Source: an uncultured bacterium (GTDB lineage Bacteria > Caldisericota > Caldisericia > B22-G15). Taken from it: 16,430 nt of DNA. The stretch covers positions 1 to 16,430 of the forward strand of contig CBFDTJ010000031.1 of NCBI GenBank assembly GCA_965612865.1, in the 5' to 3' direction. A model generated the notes under the pieces. It had not been told where the DNA came from, did not search any database, and was given only the letters and a program-made list of their open reading frames with translations. Below are positions 1-7,474 of this stretch, piece by piece. The position numbers and the translations under genes were made by a program. How positions within the stretch are numbered: position 1 is the stretch's first letter; each line of letters begins with the position of its first letter.

Positions 1-345
1 AAGTTAACGCTTCATCTAAAATCAAAAGGTGTGATAAAAGGACTTTTTCTTAGTTCTGGAGGCGAAAATCCTGAAAAAAGCACTCTTGATATGATAAGGG
101 TTGCAGAAAAACTGAGGGCATCCGGCTATAAAGATTACATCCATCTTAAGATGATGCCGGGAGTTTCAAGAGATCTGATAAGGAGGGCTTTCGATTCTGC
201 GGATAGAGTGGGGATAAATATCGAGGCTCCTGAGAGGGACATATTTTCTGAACTATGTCCTGAAAAGGACTACGAGATAGACGTGATGAGAAGAATGAGA
301 TGGATAGTTGAAGAGAAAAAGAGGAGGAGAAAAGAATGCATTTGA
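1..345 (+). pseudogene. Internal fragment of putative DNA modification/repair radical SAM protein (TIGR03916-like); open at left edge and truncated at 3' end (probably chimeric junction)
   Basis: Frame is open from base 1 (KLTLHLKSKGVIKGLFLSSG...). Motifs GLFLSSG, YIHLKMMPG, ADRVGINIEAP, PEKD match this family as I recall it; CxxxCxxC would lie off-window; the expected downstream STQ-F-VG and helix-hairpin-helix region is absent. Confidence 0.7.
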
Positions 346-859
346 TTTTATTGTTCTGTTTGGTGAAAGAGGTGCATTACCTCACGGAAAGCCATCCAAT
401 AGAAGATTGAAAAACGGTGACATAATTATATTTGATTTTGGAACTGTGGTTAATGGGTATCATTCCGATTGCACAAGGATAGTGATCTTTGGAAAAATAT
501 CAAAGGAAGCAGAAAAAGTTATTAAAATTGTTGAAGAGGCTCAAAAAATTGGAATTGACGGAATAAGAGAAGGCGTGGGAGTTGTTGAGCTGGATAAAAA
601 AGTTAGAGAGTACATAAAAGAAAACGGCTATGGTGAATTTTTTAATCATAGTCTTGGACATGGTGTAGGACTTGAAATACATGAAAAACCATACTTATCT
701 CCACGAGGTGAGGGTAAACTAAAAACCGGTATGGTAGTTACAGTAGAACCAGGAATATATCTACCAGGCAAATTTGGTGTTAGAATAGAAGATTTAATTG
801 TGGTAGAGAGAGATAGTGCAAAGGACTTAACCAGAATAGATAAAATTTTTAAGATTTAA
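308..859 (+). pseudogene. C-terminal part of Xaa-Pro aminopeptidase/dipeptidase (M24B); N-terminal half missing
   Basis: Motifs ALPHG, DFG, Y-SD-TR, HSLGHGVGLEIHE, TVEPGIY, GVRIED. In-frame TAG at 305-307 directly upstream, no creatinase-N domain or first helices of the pita-bread fold. Confidence 0.8.
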
Positions 860-1691
860 TTATCTTATAAATTAAGTAACTAAAGGAAACACCAAAGGAT
901 AATGAAGCAGTTATAGATAGCAAGTAAATTCCAATTTTAGGAATAAGTATAAGAAGTAAAATAAGTAATCCACCTATTAGCGTAGTTATAATTTCTTTTA
1001 TATTGCCATTCTTAACCTCTTGATGTAACAATTTAAGAATTTTTTCACCGACTAAATAAGAAAGTATTGACATACCCATAAGGATCAAGAAATATATAAT
1101 TCCGTTGTAAAGTAGAAATAGTGCTCGACCAAAAGGAAAGATTGCTCTTTCAGGGGTGAAATATAAAAGGAGTGTAAGGACCACTATTCCTAGAGGTAAT
1201 GATAGGATAAGATTTTTCCTTGAAAAATTGACAAAACTACTAAATCCTTCTTTAAATAGACCCGCAAATATCACTGAGAATATTAATAGAATAAGGATTA
1301 TAATTATTTTCAGCACAAACCCCTCATTTGTAAGAAGAAATGCTGGAATACGAGGCCTTTTATAAGGAATATTATTTTTAGGTGGAAACTCTATTTTCCT
1401 TCCTTTAACTACAGCCTCTCCCTCTTCAATGATTTTTCCACCAAGCGTTACTACATTTCCGCTTACAAATGCTTTGTCTTTAAGAATTATATCTCCTCTT
1501 AACACCGATATGTTTCCAAAAACTTTTCCAAACACAGTGACATTTCCAACACCAACTTTAATATCTCCTCTAACTATGTCATCGGGTTTAACGACGACAT
1601 CGCCCTTATCTTTAATGATTCCACGAGCAAAAACAAAAGTGGGAGCTAAAACTAAAAACACCACAAAAACTAAAAGTAATATTTTTTTCAT
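849..1691 (-). CDS. Membrane protein with signal peptide, extracytoplasmic beta-helix (bactofilin/polymer-forming-like) repeats and about 5 C-terminal TM helices
   Basis: Signal peptide MKKILLLVFVVFLVLAPTFVFA; repeated G(D/N)(V/I)xV units (GDVVV, GDIKV, GNVTV, GNISV, GDIIL, GNVVT); hydrophobic C-terminal half; ATGA overlap with upstream gene and GGAGG RBS. Confidence 0.75.
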   Translation of the reverse strand: MKKILLLVFVVFLVLAPTFVFARGIIKDKGDVVVKPDDIVRGDIKVGVGNVTVFGKVFGNISVLRGDIILKDKAFVSGNVVTLGGKIIEEGEAVVKGRKIEFPPKNNIPYKRPRIPAFLLTNEGFVLKIIIILILLIFSVIFAGLFKEGFSSFVNFSRKNLILSLPLGIVVLTLLLYFTPERAIFPFGRALFLLYNGIIYFLILMGMSILSYLVGEKILKLLHQEVKNGNIKEIITTLIGGLLILLLILIPKIGIYLLSITASLSFGVSFSYLIYKIIKS

Positions 1692-2065
1692 CTTCTTCCT
1701 CCCTTTAATCTCATTTTATTAATAAGCACTATTGAAAACAGACCAACAAAAGCAATCGTTAGATATAGTAATATCTGAACCAGCATCCATTGAAATATCT
1801 CTATATTCTCAAGGTAGAGAATGAATTTTCCTATGAATTCACTTTCACCTATAAGATAAGATGAATCAGTAAGATATGATGGAAAAGGAACTACAATTAT
1901 TAGCACAATGAGAGAGACGAGAACAGCAAATATAATACCTAGCGAGGTTCTTTTGGATATTTCAGTTTTTCTTATCTCCCTCATAATTCTTTCTTTAACT
2001 TCTCTTTTTAAAACATACATCTTAGAAAGCGAATGCAACCTTTCTTCAAATTCTTTATCCTTCAT
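1688..2065 (-). CDS. Putative membrane-bound anti-sigma factor (2 TM helices, charged cytoplasmic N-terminus)
   Basis: Overlaps the ECF sigma stop by 11 nt, GAGGTG RBS; about 40 aa charged N-terminus followed by two hydrophobic segments; no HxxxCxxC ZAS motif. Function inferred from position. Confidence 0.6.
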   Translation of the reverse strand: MKDKEFEERLHSLSKMYVLKREVKERIMREIRKTEISKRTSLGIIFAVLVSLIVLIIVVPFPSYLTDSSYLIGESEFIGKFILYLENIEIFQWMLVQILLYLTIAFVGLFSIVLINKMRLKGGRR

Positions 2066-2573
2066 TTCTCACCTCTAATGCTTCCTTTAATTTTTTCTTT
2101 GCTCTGTATAATCTCACCTTTACTAAATTCACAGGTATCCCAAGCACTTCTGAAATTTCTTTGTAAGATAAATTCTCAGTGTAGAATAGAAGTATTATAT
2201 CTCTATCTTTAACAGGTATAGATAAAAGTGCCTCATATAGAGCAAAATCTCGTTCAAATTCAACACTAATAGAACTTGTATCGAGATTCAAGTTGGTTAA
2301 TTTTTTGTTCCTGCTCATGTAGTTAATTCCTTCATTTCTTGCAATTCTAAACAACCAGGGAAGGAAATCTTTTCCATCCCTGAAACTTTCTATTTTTTTA
2401 AAGGCTTTCAAGAATACTTCTGAAGTCAAATCTTCTGCCTCCTCTCTATCTCCAATAAGTTTCATAAAATAAGTAAAAACCTTGTCTCCGTATCGTTCAA
2501 CAAGTATTCCAAATGCTTCTTTGTCTCCATTTTTGACCCTCTTTATTACCTCTCTATCTTCTATATATTTCAC
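2055..2573 (-). CDS. ECF-type (sigma-70 group 4) RNA polymerase sigma factor, SigW/SigE-like
   Basis: Region 2 (GDKEAFGILVERY, EAEDLTSEVFLKAF, FLPWLFRIARN) and region 4 (LSYKEISEVLGIPVNLVKVRLYRAKKKL). Start moved to GTG at 2573 preceded by GGGAG. Confidence 0.93.
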   Translation of the reverse strand: MKYIEDREVIKRVKNGDKEAFGILVERYGDKVFTYFMKLIGDREEAEDLTSEVFLKAFKKIESFRDGKDFLPWLFRIARNEGINYMSRNKKLTNLNLDTSSISVEFERDFALYEALLSIPVKDRDIILLFYTENLSYKEISEVLGIPVNLVKVRLYRAKKKLKEALEVRNEG

Positions 2574-2587
2574 CTTCCACTCCCAAA

Positions 2588-2613
2588 TACACATCAGTTT
2601 ATCAATTGTTACA
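2588..2613 (-). promoter_or_regulatory. Candidate ECF-dependent (autoregulatory) promoter TGTAAC-N16-TGTA
   Basis: Minus strand reads TGTAAC (2613-2608), 16 nt, TGTA (2591-2588) just upstream of the sigma gene RBS; resembles B. subtilis SigW/SigX-type consensus (TGAAAC/TGTAAC ... CGTA). Confidence 0.45.
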
Positions 2614-2626
2614 CTTATGTTATACT
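2599..2626 (+). promoter_or_regulatory. Housekeeping sigma promoter for era operon (TTATCA-N16-TATACT with extended TG), predicted leaderless
   Basis: TG at 2618-2619, TATACT at 2621-2626, TTATCA at 2599-2604; ATG begins 7 nt after the -10 and no SD is present. Confidence 0.6.
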
Positions 2627-2632
2627 AAATTT

Positions 2633-3511
2633 ATGAGAAAAAGTGGAATAGTGGTTCTTTGCGGTAGACCAAACACTGGTAAATCAACTCTTCTGAATTG
2701 TATCTTAAAGGAAAAGATTGCCCCGGTAACAAGCAAACCACAGACAACAAGGAAAAATCTCAAAGGTATATATAACGATGAGAGGGGGCAGATTGTTTTT
2801 ATTGATTCACCAGGAATACATAAACCAATCCATAAATTGGGAGAGAAAATGGTGAAATATGCACTAAATATTCTTAAGGAGGGTGACGTACTCTTATGGG
2901 TAGTTGATGGTTCCGTATCTCCAACAGATGAGGATGTCCTTGTTTCACAGAATATAAAAGATATAAATAAACCCAAGATTCTCGCAATAAATAAAAGGGA
3001 CTTATTTGAAGATAGAGAAAATGAGGTTTTGAAAGATTACGGAAGCCTAGGTGAGTTTAAAAGGGTTATTCCAATTTCTGCAATAAGAGGTGATAATGTA
3101 GATTCATTGATCGAAGTACTATTCTCTTTCCTCCCAGAGGGAGAACCGCTTTATCCAGAGGACATTCTTACTGATAGTATGGAAATAGATGTAGTCTCGG
3201 AATTGATAAGAGAAAAAATATTAATCCATACAAAGGAAGAAGTTCCTCACTCAGTTGCAGTTATAGTAGAGGAGTTCAAAGAAAGAGAAAATGGTAAGGT
3301 TTATATAAGAGCTAATATCTATGTTGAAAGGGATTCTCAAAAGAAAATACTTATAGGATACAAAGGAAATATGCTTAAAGTTATTGGAACAGAGGCAAGG
3401 CTTGAAATTGAGAAATTCCTTGGTAAGCCAGTATATCTCGAATTATGGGTAAAGGTTTATAAAAACTGGAGAAAAAAAGAGGAGGCTTTGAAGTACCTTG
3501 GCTTTAAATAA
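2633..3511 (+). CDS. era: GTPase Era
   Basis: G1 GRPNTGKS, G2 PQTTR, G3 DSPG, G4 NKRD, EEVPHS and C-terminal KH domain (SQKKILIGYKG, VYLELWVKV). Start set at ATG 2633 (MRKSG). Confidence 0.97.
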   Translation: MRKSGIVVLCGRPNTGKSTLLNCILKEKIAPVTSKPQTTRKNLKGIYNDERGQIVFIDSPGIHKPIHKLGEKMVKYALNILKEGDVLLWVVDGSVSPTDEDVLVSQNIKDINKPKILAINKRDLFEDRENEVLKDYGSLGEFKRVIPISAIRGDNVDSLIEVLFSFLPEGEPLYPEDILTDSMEIDVVSELIREKILIHTKEEVPHSVAVIVEEFKERENGKVYIRANIYVERDSQKKILIGYKGNMLKVIGTEARLEIEKFLGKPVYLELWVKVYKNWRKKEEALKYLGFK

Positions 3512-3875
3512 TAAATCCATGCTAAAGGAAGAGGAAAATTTTCTTTCTGGGTTATCATATTTAACTATAGGAATTTTTGGTCTGTTTATCCTTGTTTCTG
3601 ACATAAAAAATGAATCTGATTACTTGAAATTTCATGCAGTTCAGTCAGTAAAATACTGGTTTTTTTCTATCATCTTCTGGTCAATTTTTTCCCTTCTATC
3701 ATATTACCTATACTTAAATACAATTGGTGAAATTAAAAATCTATTTTTTTATATATGGAAAGTTTTTCATCTTGGTGTCGGTATTTTTATTATACTGTAC
3801 TCTATACTTGTCTCTTATTTTGCATTTACAGGGAAAAGGTATAGAATTCCATTTTTATCAAAAATGAAAAAGTAG
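3498..3875 (+). CDS. Small membrane protein, DUF4870/Tic20-like
   Basis: Three hydrophobic segments with LSYL, FHAVQS and GKRYRIPF motifs typical of this family; start could be TTG 3498 or ATG 3519. Confidence 0.7.
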   Translation: MALNNKSMLKEEENFLSGLSYLTIGIFGLFILVSDIKNESDYLKFHAVQSVKYWFFSIIFWSIFSLLSYYLYLNTIGEIKNLFFYIWKVFHLGVGIFIILYSILVSYFAFTGKRYRIPFLSKMKK

Positions 3876-3888
3876 GGAGGTAAAAGAA

Positions 3889-4755
3889 GTGAAGAAAATA
3901 ATAAATGGATTATCTATTTCGATAGTTTTTGCAGTGGTTTATGTAGTCTTAAAATTGAAACTGGATAACTATTTTTATCTTATAGGCTTAGATTCATTAT
4001 TTCCTCTTGTTTTCCTGTCATACGTGTTGGTTTTATCCCTTATAGGAATCTACCTCTCAAATCCTGTATCTGGCCTTTTGAGTGGTGTTGTTTCACTAAT
4101 CACAAAGCACCTTTTTGAAATTTCGAGAATAGAGTTTAACGATTTCCCAAACCTGGTATTAACAAAGGAGATTCTTCCTCCTGTCACATTTGAAAATCTA
4201 AACATTATTCTAACCCCCTTCCTGTTTTCTCTTCTCATGAGCCTTTATATCTATACTAAAAATAGAGAAAGAACAAGTGTAAAGAACTATTTTACATCTT
4301 TTATTCTACTTCTTTCAATATTTATCGGTATCTTTCTTAACTATTACTATGGTCCCTATTCTCTGTATGTCCTTCCCCTCGCGTCTTTTATAATAGGTCT
4401 AATTTCTCTCAATGTAGTTCTCTCTTTCACATCAGGAATATTTCTTGGAGTCTCCTTCTCTCTATCCAGCTTTTATTTCTTTACATATAAAGGGGATTTA
4501 AATCTAATGTTTTCTGAACCTACAAAACTACTCTCTGGTTTGATTATTTATACAATTTTTTCTACTGTAGTTGCCTCTCTTTCAAGTTTCCTTTTCACCT
4601 TTTTTGTAGGAGCCTTGAAAGGTACCCCAAAATATGATAAACAGAAATATATAGAAAAAACTGAAACTCCTGCTTTGCCTCAAAAAGAGCAAAGCCAAGA
4701 GTCCATAGGAGGTGAAGATGAGAAAGTACGAGATGATGGTGATATTCAGACCTGA
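3889..4755 (+). CDS. Hypothetical polytopic membrane protein (about 8 TM) with hydrophilic tail overlapping rpsF
   Basis: GTG start with GGGAGG RBS; strongly hydrophobic throughout; no family recognised. Confidence 0.75.
   Translation: MKKIINGLSISIVFAVVYVVLKLKLDNYFYLIGLDSLFPLVFLSYVLVLSLIGIYLSNPVSGLLSGVVSLITKHLFEISRIEFNDFPNLVLTKEILPPVTFENLNIILTPFLFSLLMSLYIYTKNRERTSVKNYFTSFILLLSIFIGIFLNYYYGPYSLYVLPLASFIIGLISLNVVLSFTSGIFLGVSFSLSSFYFFTYKGDLNLMFSEPTKLLSGLIIYTIFSTVVASLSSFLFTFFVGALKGTPKYDKQKYIEKTETPALPQKEQSQESIGGEDEKVRDDGDIQT
4667..4717 (+). promoter_or_regulatory. S6:S18-binding ribosomal leader (rpsF autoregulatory RNA)
   Basis: CTCCT (4667-4671) can pair with SD AGGAG (4707-4711), enclosing hairpin GCTTTGC(C)TC-AAAAA-GAGCAAAGC (4672-4695) and an 11-nt unpaired linker with CCA (4703-4705) one base before the SD; same architecture as the known CCR-containing rpsF leader. 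Confidence 0.75.
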
Positions 4756-5020
4756 GCTGTCCGATGAGGATCTTGATGCGCAGGAAACTTTACTTAGAGA
4801 AAGCGTAGAAGCAAAAGGGGGGAAATGGGTTGAAACAGTAAAGTGGGGTAAAAGAAAATTTGCATATCCCATTATGAAATTAACAGAAGGTTTTTACTAT
4901 ATCTATTATTTCTATCTTCCAGGAAGTGAGATTTCGAACTTGAAGAGTGAACTCAAGTTAAATGATAAGTTACTTAGATTTATGATTGTTCGTAAGGAGG
5001 AGAAGAGGGGTGTACAATAG
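4718..5020 (+). CDS. rpsF: 30S ribosomal protein bS6
   Basis: MRKYEMMVIFRPEL, WGKRKFAYPI, EGFY, LRFMIVR; ATG 4718 preceded by AGGAGGT. Confidence 0.97.
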   Translation: MRKYEMMVIFRPELSDEDLDAQETLLRESVEAKGGKWVETVKWGKRKFAYPIMKLTEGFYYIYYFYLPGSEISNLKSELKLNDKLLRFMIVRKEEKRGVQ

Positions 5021-5411
5021 GATAATTGTGGTTGGAAGGTTGACTAAAGACCCTGAAGCAAGGTATACTCCTTCAGGGAAGCTTGTTTCCACATTCAGAA
5101 TTGCTTCAGGAAGGATCTATACTGATAAAAATGGTGAAAGAAGAGAGGAAACTCTTTTTATAAATGTGGTTGTATGGAATGATAGAAGAAATATGGCTGA
5201 AAATGTGAATAAGTATCTATCAAAAGGCTCCCTTGTTCTCGTAGAGGGAAGATTGAGAATTAGAGATTACGAAACATCGGATGGTGTATCAAGAAGGGCG
5301 GTAGAAATAATTGCTGACAATGTTAAATTTTTAAGTACAAAGCCTAAAGTCGAGGAAGAGTCTCCCTCTGAGGAAAACGAAATCCTCGATGAAGATATTC
5401 CAATAGATTAG
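5010..5411 (+). CDS. ssb: Single-stranded DNA-binding protein
   Basis: NRIIVVGRLTKDPEARYTPSG, KGSLVLVEGRL OB-fold motifs, acidic tail DEDIPID; GTG start at 5010; canonical rpsF-ssb-rpsR order. Confidence 0.96.
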   Translation: MYNRIIVVGRLTKDPEARYTPSGKLVSTFRIASGRIYTDKNGERREETLFINVVVWNDRRNMAENVNKYLSKGSLVLVEGRLRIRDYETSDGVSRRAVEIIADNVKFLSTKPKVEEESPSEENEILDEDIPID

Positions 5412-5421
5412 GAGGTGAATT

Positions 5422-5658
5422 ATGGCAAAACCTGGATACAGAAGATTTCGTCCAAGAGTCAAAGTCTGCTACTTCTGTAAAGAAAAAATAGAAGAAATTG
5501 ACTACAAAGATGTTGAAACTCTAAAGAAGTTTCTTACTCCAAGAGGCAAGATACTTCCCAGGAGAAACACGGGTGTATGTGCAAAACATCAAAGACAACT
5601 TGCCCGTGCAATTAAAAGGGCAAGAGAAATGGCACTTTTACCCTACGTAGTTTATTAA
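5422..5658 (+). CDS. rpsR: 30S ribosomal protein bS18, zinc-binding (C+) type
   Basis: [46 protein letters not shown] overlapping ssb stop. Confidence 0.98.
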   Translation: MAKPGYRRFRPRVKVCYFCKEKIEEIDYKDVETLKKFLTPRGKILPRRNTGVCAKHQRQLARAIKRAREMALLPYVVY

Positions 5659-5659
5659 A

Positions 5660-6118
5660 ATGAAAAAAATTAAAGTAATACTCTTAAAAGATATTGACGG
5701 ATTAGGTAAATCAGGGGAACTCAAGGAAGTTCCCCTGGGGTATTATAAAAATTTCCTTGGTCCAAAACTTCTAGCAAAGAAAATATCTGAAGGAGAAGAA
5801 AAACATTATCTTATCACTCAAAAAATTAAAAAAAGTAAAGAGGAGAAAGAACAGGAAGAGGCTTTAAAGTTAAAAGAAATGATCGAAAGGGAAGAGATAA
5901 CAATAAAGAAAAAAGCTGGAGAGAAGGGAAAACTCTATGGTGCTGTAACAAATGAGGAGATAGCAGAGCATTTAAAGAAAAAATTTAAAGTCAAATTCGA
6001 CAAGAAAAAAATAGAGTCAGAAGAAACAATAAAGACTATTGGAGTTCATAACGTAAGAATAAAACTTTTTAGAGACATTTATGCAAATATAAGGGTAAGG
6101 GTAGTAGAAGAAGAATAA
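5660..6118 (+). CDS. rplI: 50S ribosomal protein bL9
   Basis: KVILLKDIDGLGKSGELKEV..GY..NFL.P, long helix, GKLYGAVT, IKTIG. Confidence 0.95.
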   Translation: MKKIKVILLKDIDGLGKSGELKEVPLGYYKNFLGPKLLAKKISEGEEKHYLITQKIKKSKEEKEQEEALKLKEMIEREEITIKKKAGEKGKLYGAVTNEEIAEHLKKKFKVKFDKKKIESEETIKTIGVHNVRIKLFRDIYANIRVRVVEEE

Positions 6119-7474
6119 ATGGAAGAAATCCTTGGGAGAGTACCACCTCATAACATTGAGGCTGAACAGGCCACTTTAGGTTCAATCCTTATTGACAATG
6201 ATGCCATAGTGAAAGTGATTGATTTTCTAGAACCTGAGCATTTCTACAGAACTTCTCATCAAATAATATACAAGGCTATGAAAGAGCTTTATGAGAAATC
6301 TGAGCCCATAGATCTGCTTACAGTTTCTGAGCACTTGAAGAAAAAAGGTGAACTTGAGGAAGCGGGTGGCTTTTCATACCTTGCAACCCTTACAAACATA
6401 ACTCCTACAGCTTTAAATGTGGAAAAATATGCAAAGATTGTTGAGGAAAAATCTATACTAAGAGAAATAATAAAGGCAGGGATTGAGATAATAGATCTCG
6501 CCTTTAATTCTCAGGAGAATGTGGGTGATACTCTAGATAAAGCACAGGAAGTTCTATTTAATGTGGCAAAAAAGAGATTGTCAGCTCCTTTCTATCCTTT
6601 AAAAGATTTATTAAAAGAATCCTTTGATAGAATTGAAAACCTTTATAAAAGAAAAGAAGGAATTACAGGGATTCCATCAGGGTTTCCTCAACTTGATAAG
6701 ATCACCGGGGGTTTCCATAAAAATGACCTTATTGTTCTTGCAGCCAGACCTTCTGTTGGAAAGACTTCTTTTTCTTTGAATGTAGCTACCAATGTAGCCA
6801 CTAAATATAATCTTCCTGTGGCAATATTCTCTTTAGAGATGAGCAAGGAGCAAATAGTTGAAAGAATTCTAGAATATGTTGCAGATGTAAATTTCCATAG
6901 ATTAAGAACTGGAATTTTTTCAGACGAGGACTGGAAGAAACTTGGTAGAGCCTATGGTCCCCTCTACGATGCCCCCATATACATAGATGATTCCTCAGAT
7001 ATTTCTGTTTTAGAAATAAGAACCAAGGCAAGAAGACTTAAATCGAAAGAAAACCTCGGAATGATTGTGGTGGACTATCTACAGCTTATGCATTTGAGAA
7101 GAAAAGTGGAGAATAGAGTTCAGGAAATATCTGAGATAACCAGGAGTTTAAAAAAACTTGCACGGGAGGTAGGAGTTCCTGTACTTGTAATCTCACAGTT
7201 ATCAAGAGCAATAGAGAAAAGGGAAGATAAAAGACCTATGCTTTCAGATTTAAGGGAAAGTGGAAGTATCGAGCAGGACGCAGATGTGGTTATGTTTCTA
7301 AGTGTTAAAGGTGAAGATAAAACGAAGGATACAAATATTGTGGATTTGATTGTGGCAAAGAACAGAAATGGCCCACTTGGTAAAATTAAACTTAAATTCC
7401 TTAAACAATTTGCCAAGTTTCTTGAAATGGAATACAGATTTGAAGAAGAGGGTGAGGAGGAACCCTTTGTTTAA
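6119..7474 (+). CDS. dnaB: Replicative DNA helicase (no intein)
   Basis: PPHNIEAEQA, Walker A ARPSVGKT, SLEM, VVDYLQLM, SQLSR, DLRESGSIEQDAD, AKNRNGP. Confidence 0.98.
   Translation: MEEILGRVPPHNIEAEQATLGSILIDNDAIVKVIDFLEPEHFYRTSHQIIYKAMKELYEKSEPIDLLTVSEHLKKKGELEEAGGFSYLATLTNITPTALNVEKYAKIVEEKSILREIIKAGIEIIDLAFNSQENVGDTLDKAQEVLFNVAKKRLSAPFYPLKDLLKESFDRIENLYKRKEGITGIPSGFPQLDKITGGFHKNDLIVLAARPSVGKTSFSLNVATNVATKYNLPVAIFSLEMSKEQIVERILEYVADVNFHRLRTGIFSDEDWKKLGRAYGPLYDAPIYIDDSSDISVLEIRTKARRLKSKENLGMIVVDYLQLMHLRRKVENRVQEISEITRSLKKLAREVGVPVLVISQLSRAIEKREDKRPMLSDLRESGSIEQDADVVMFLSVKGEDKTKDTNIVDLIVAKNRNGPLGKIKLKFLKQFAKFLEMEYRFEEEGEEEPFV

Noticed and set aside
305..345. Programmed +1 frameshift making a radical SAM-peptidase fusion
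   Set aside because: Both parts are truncated mid-domain, so a fusion would be unlikely to fold; no stimulatory structure seen; chimera is simpler.
4615..4643. Internal promoter for rpsF (TTGAAA-N17-TGaTAAACA)
   Set aside because: The -10 lacks the conserved last T and the alternative TATGAT has wrong spacing; too weak to call.
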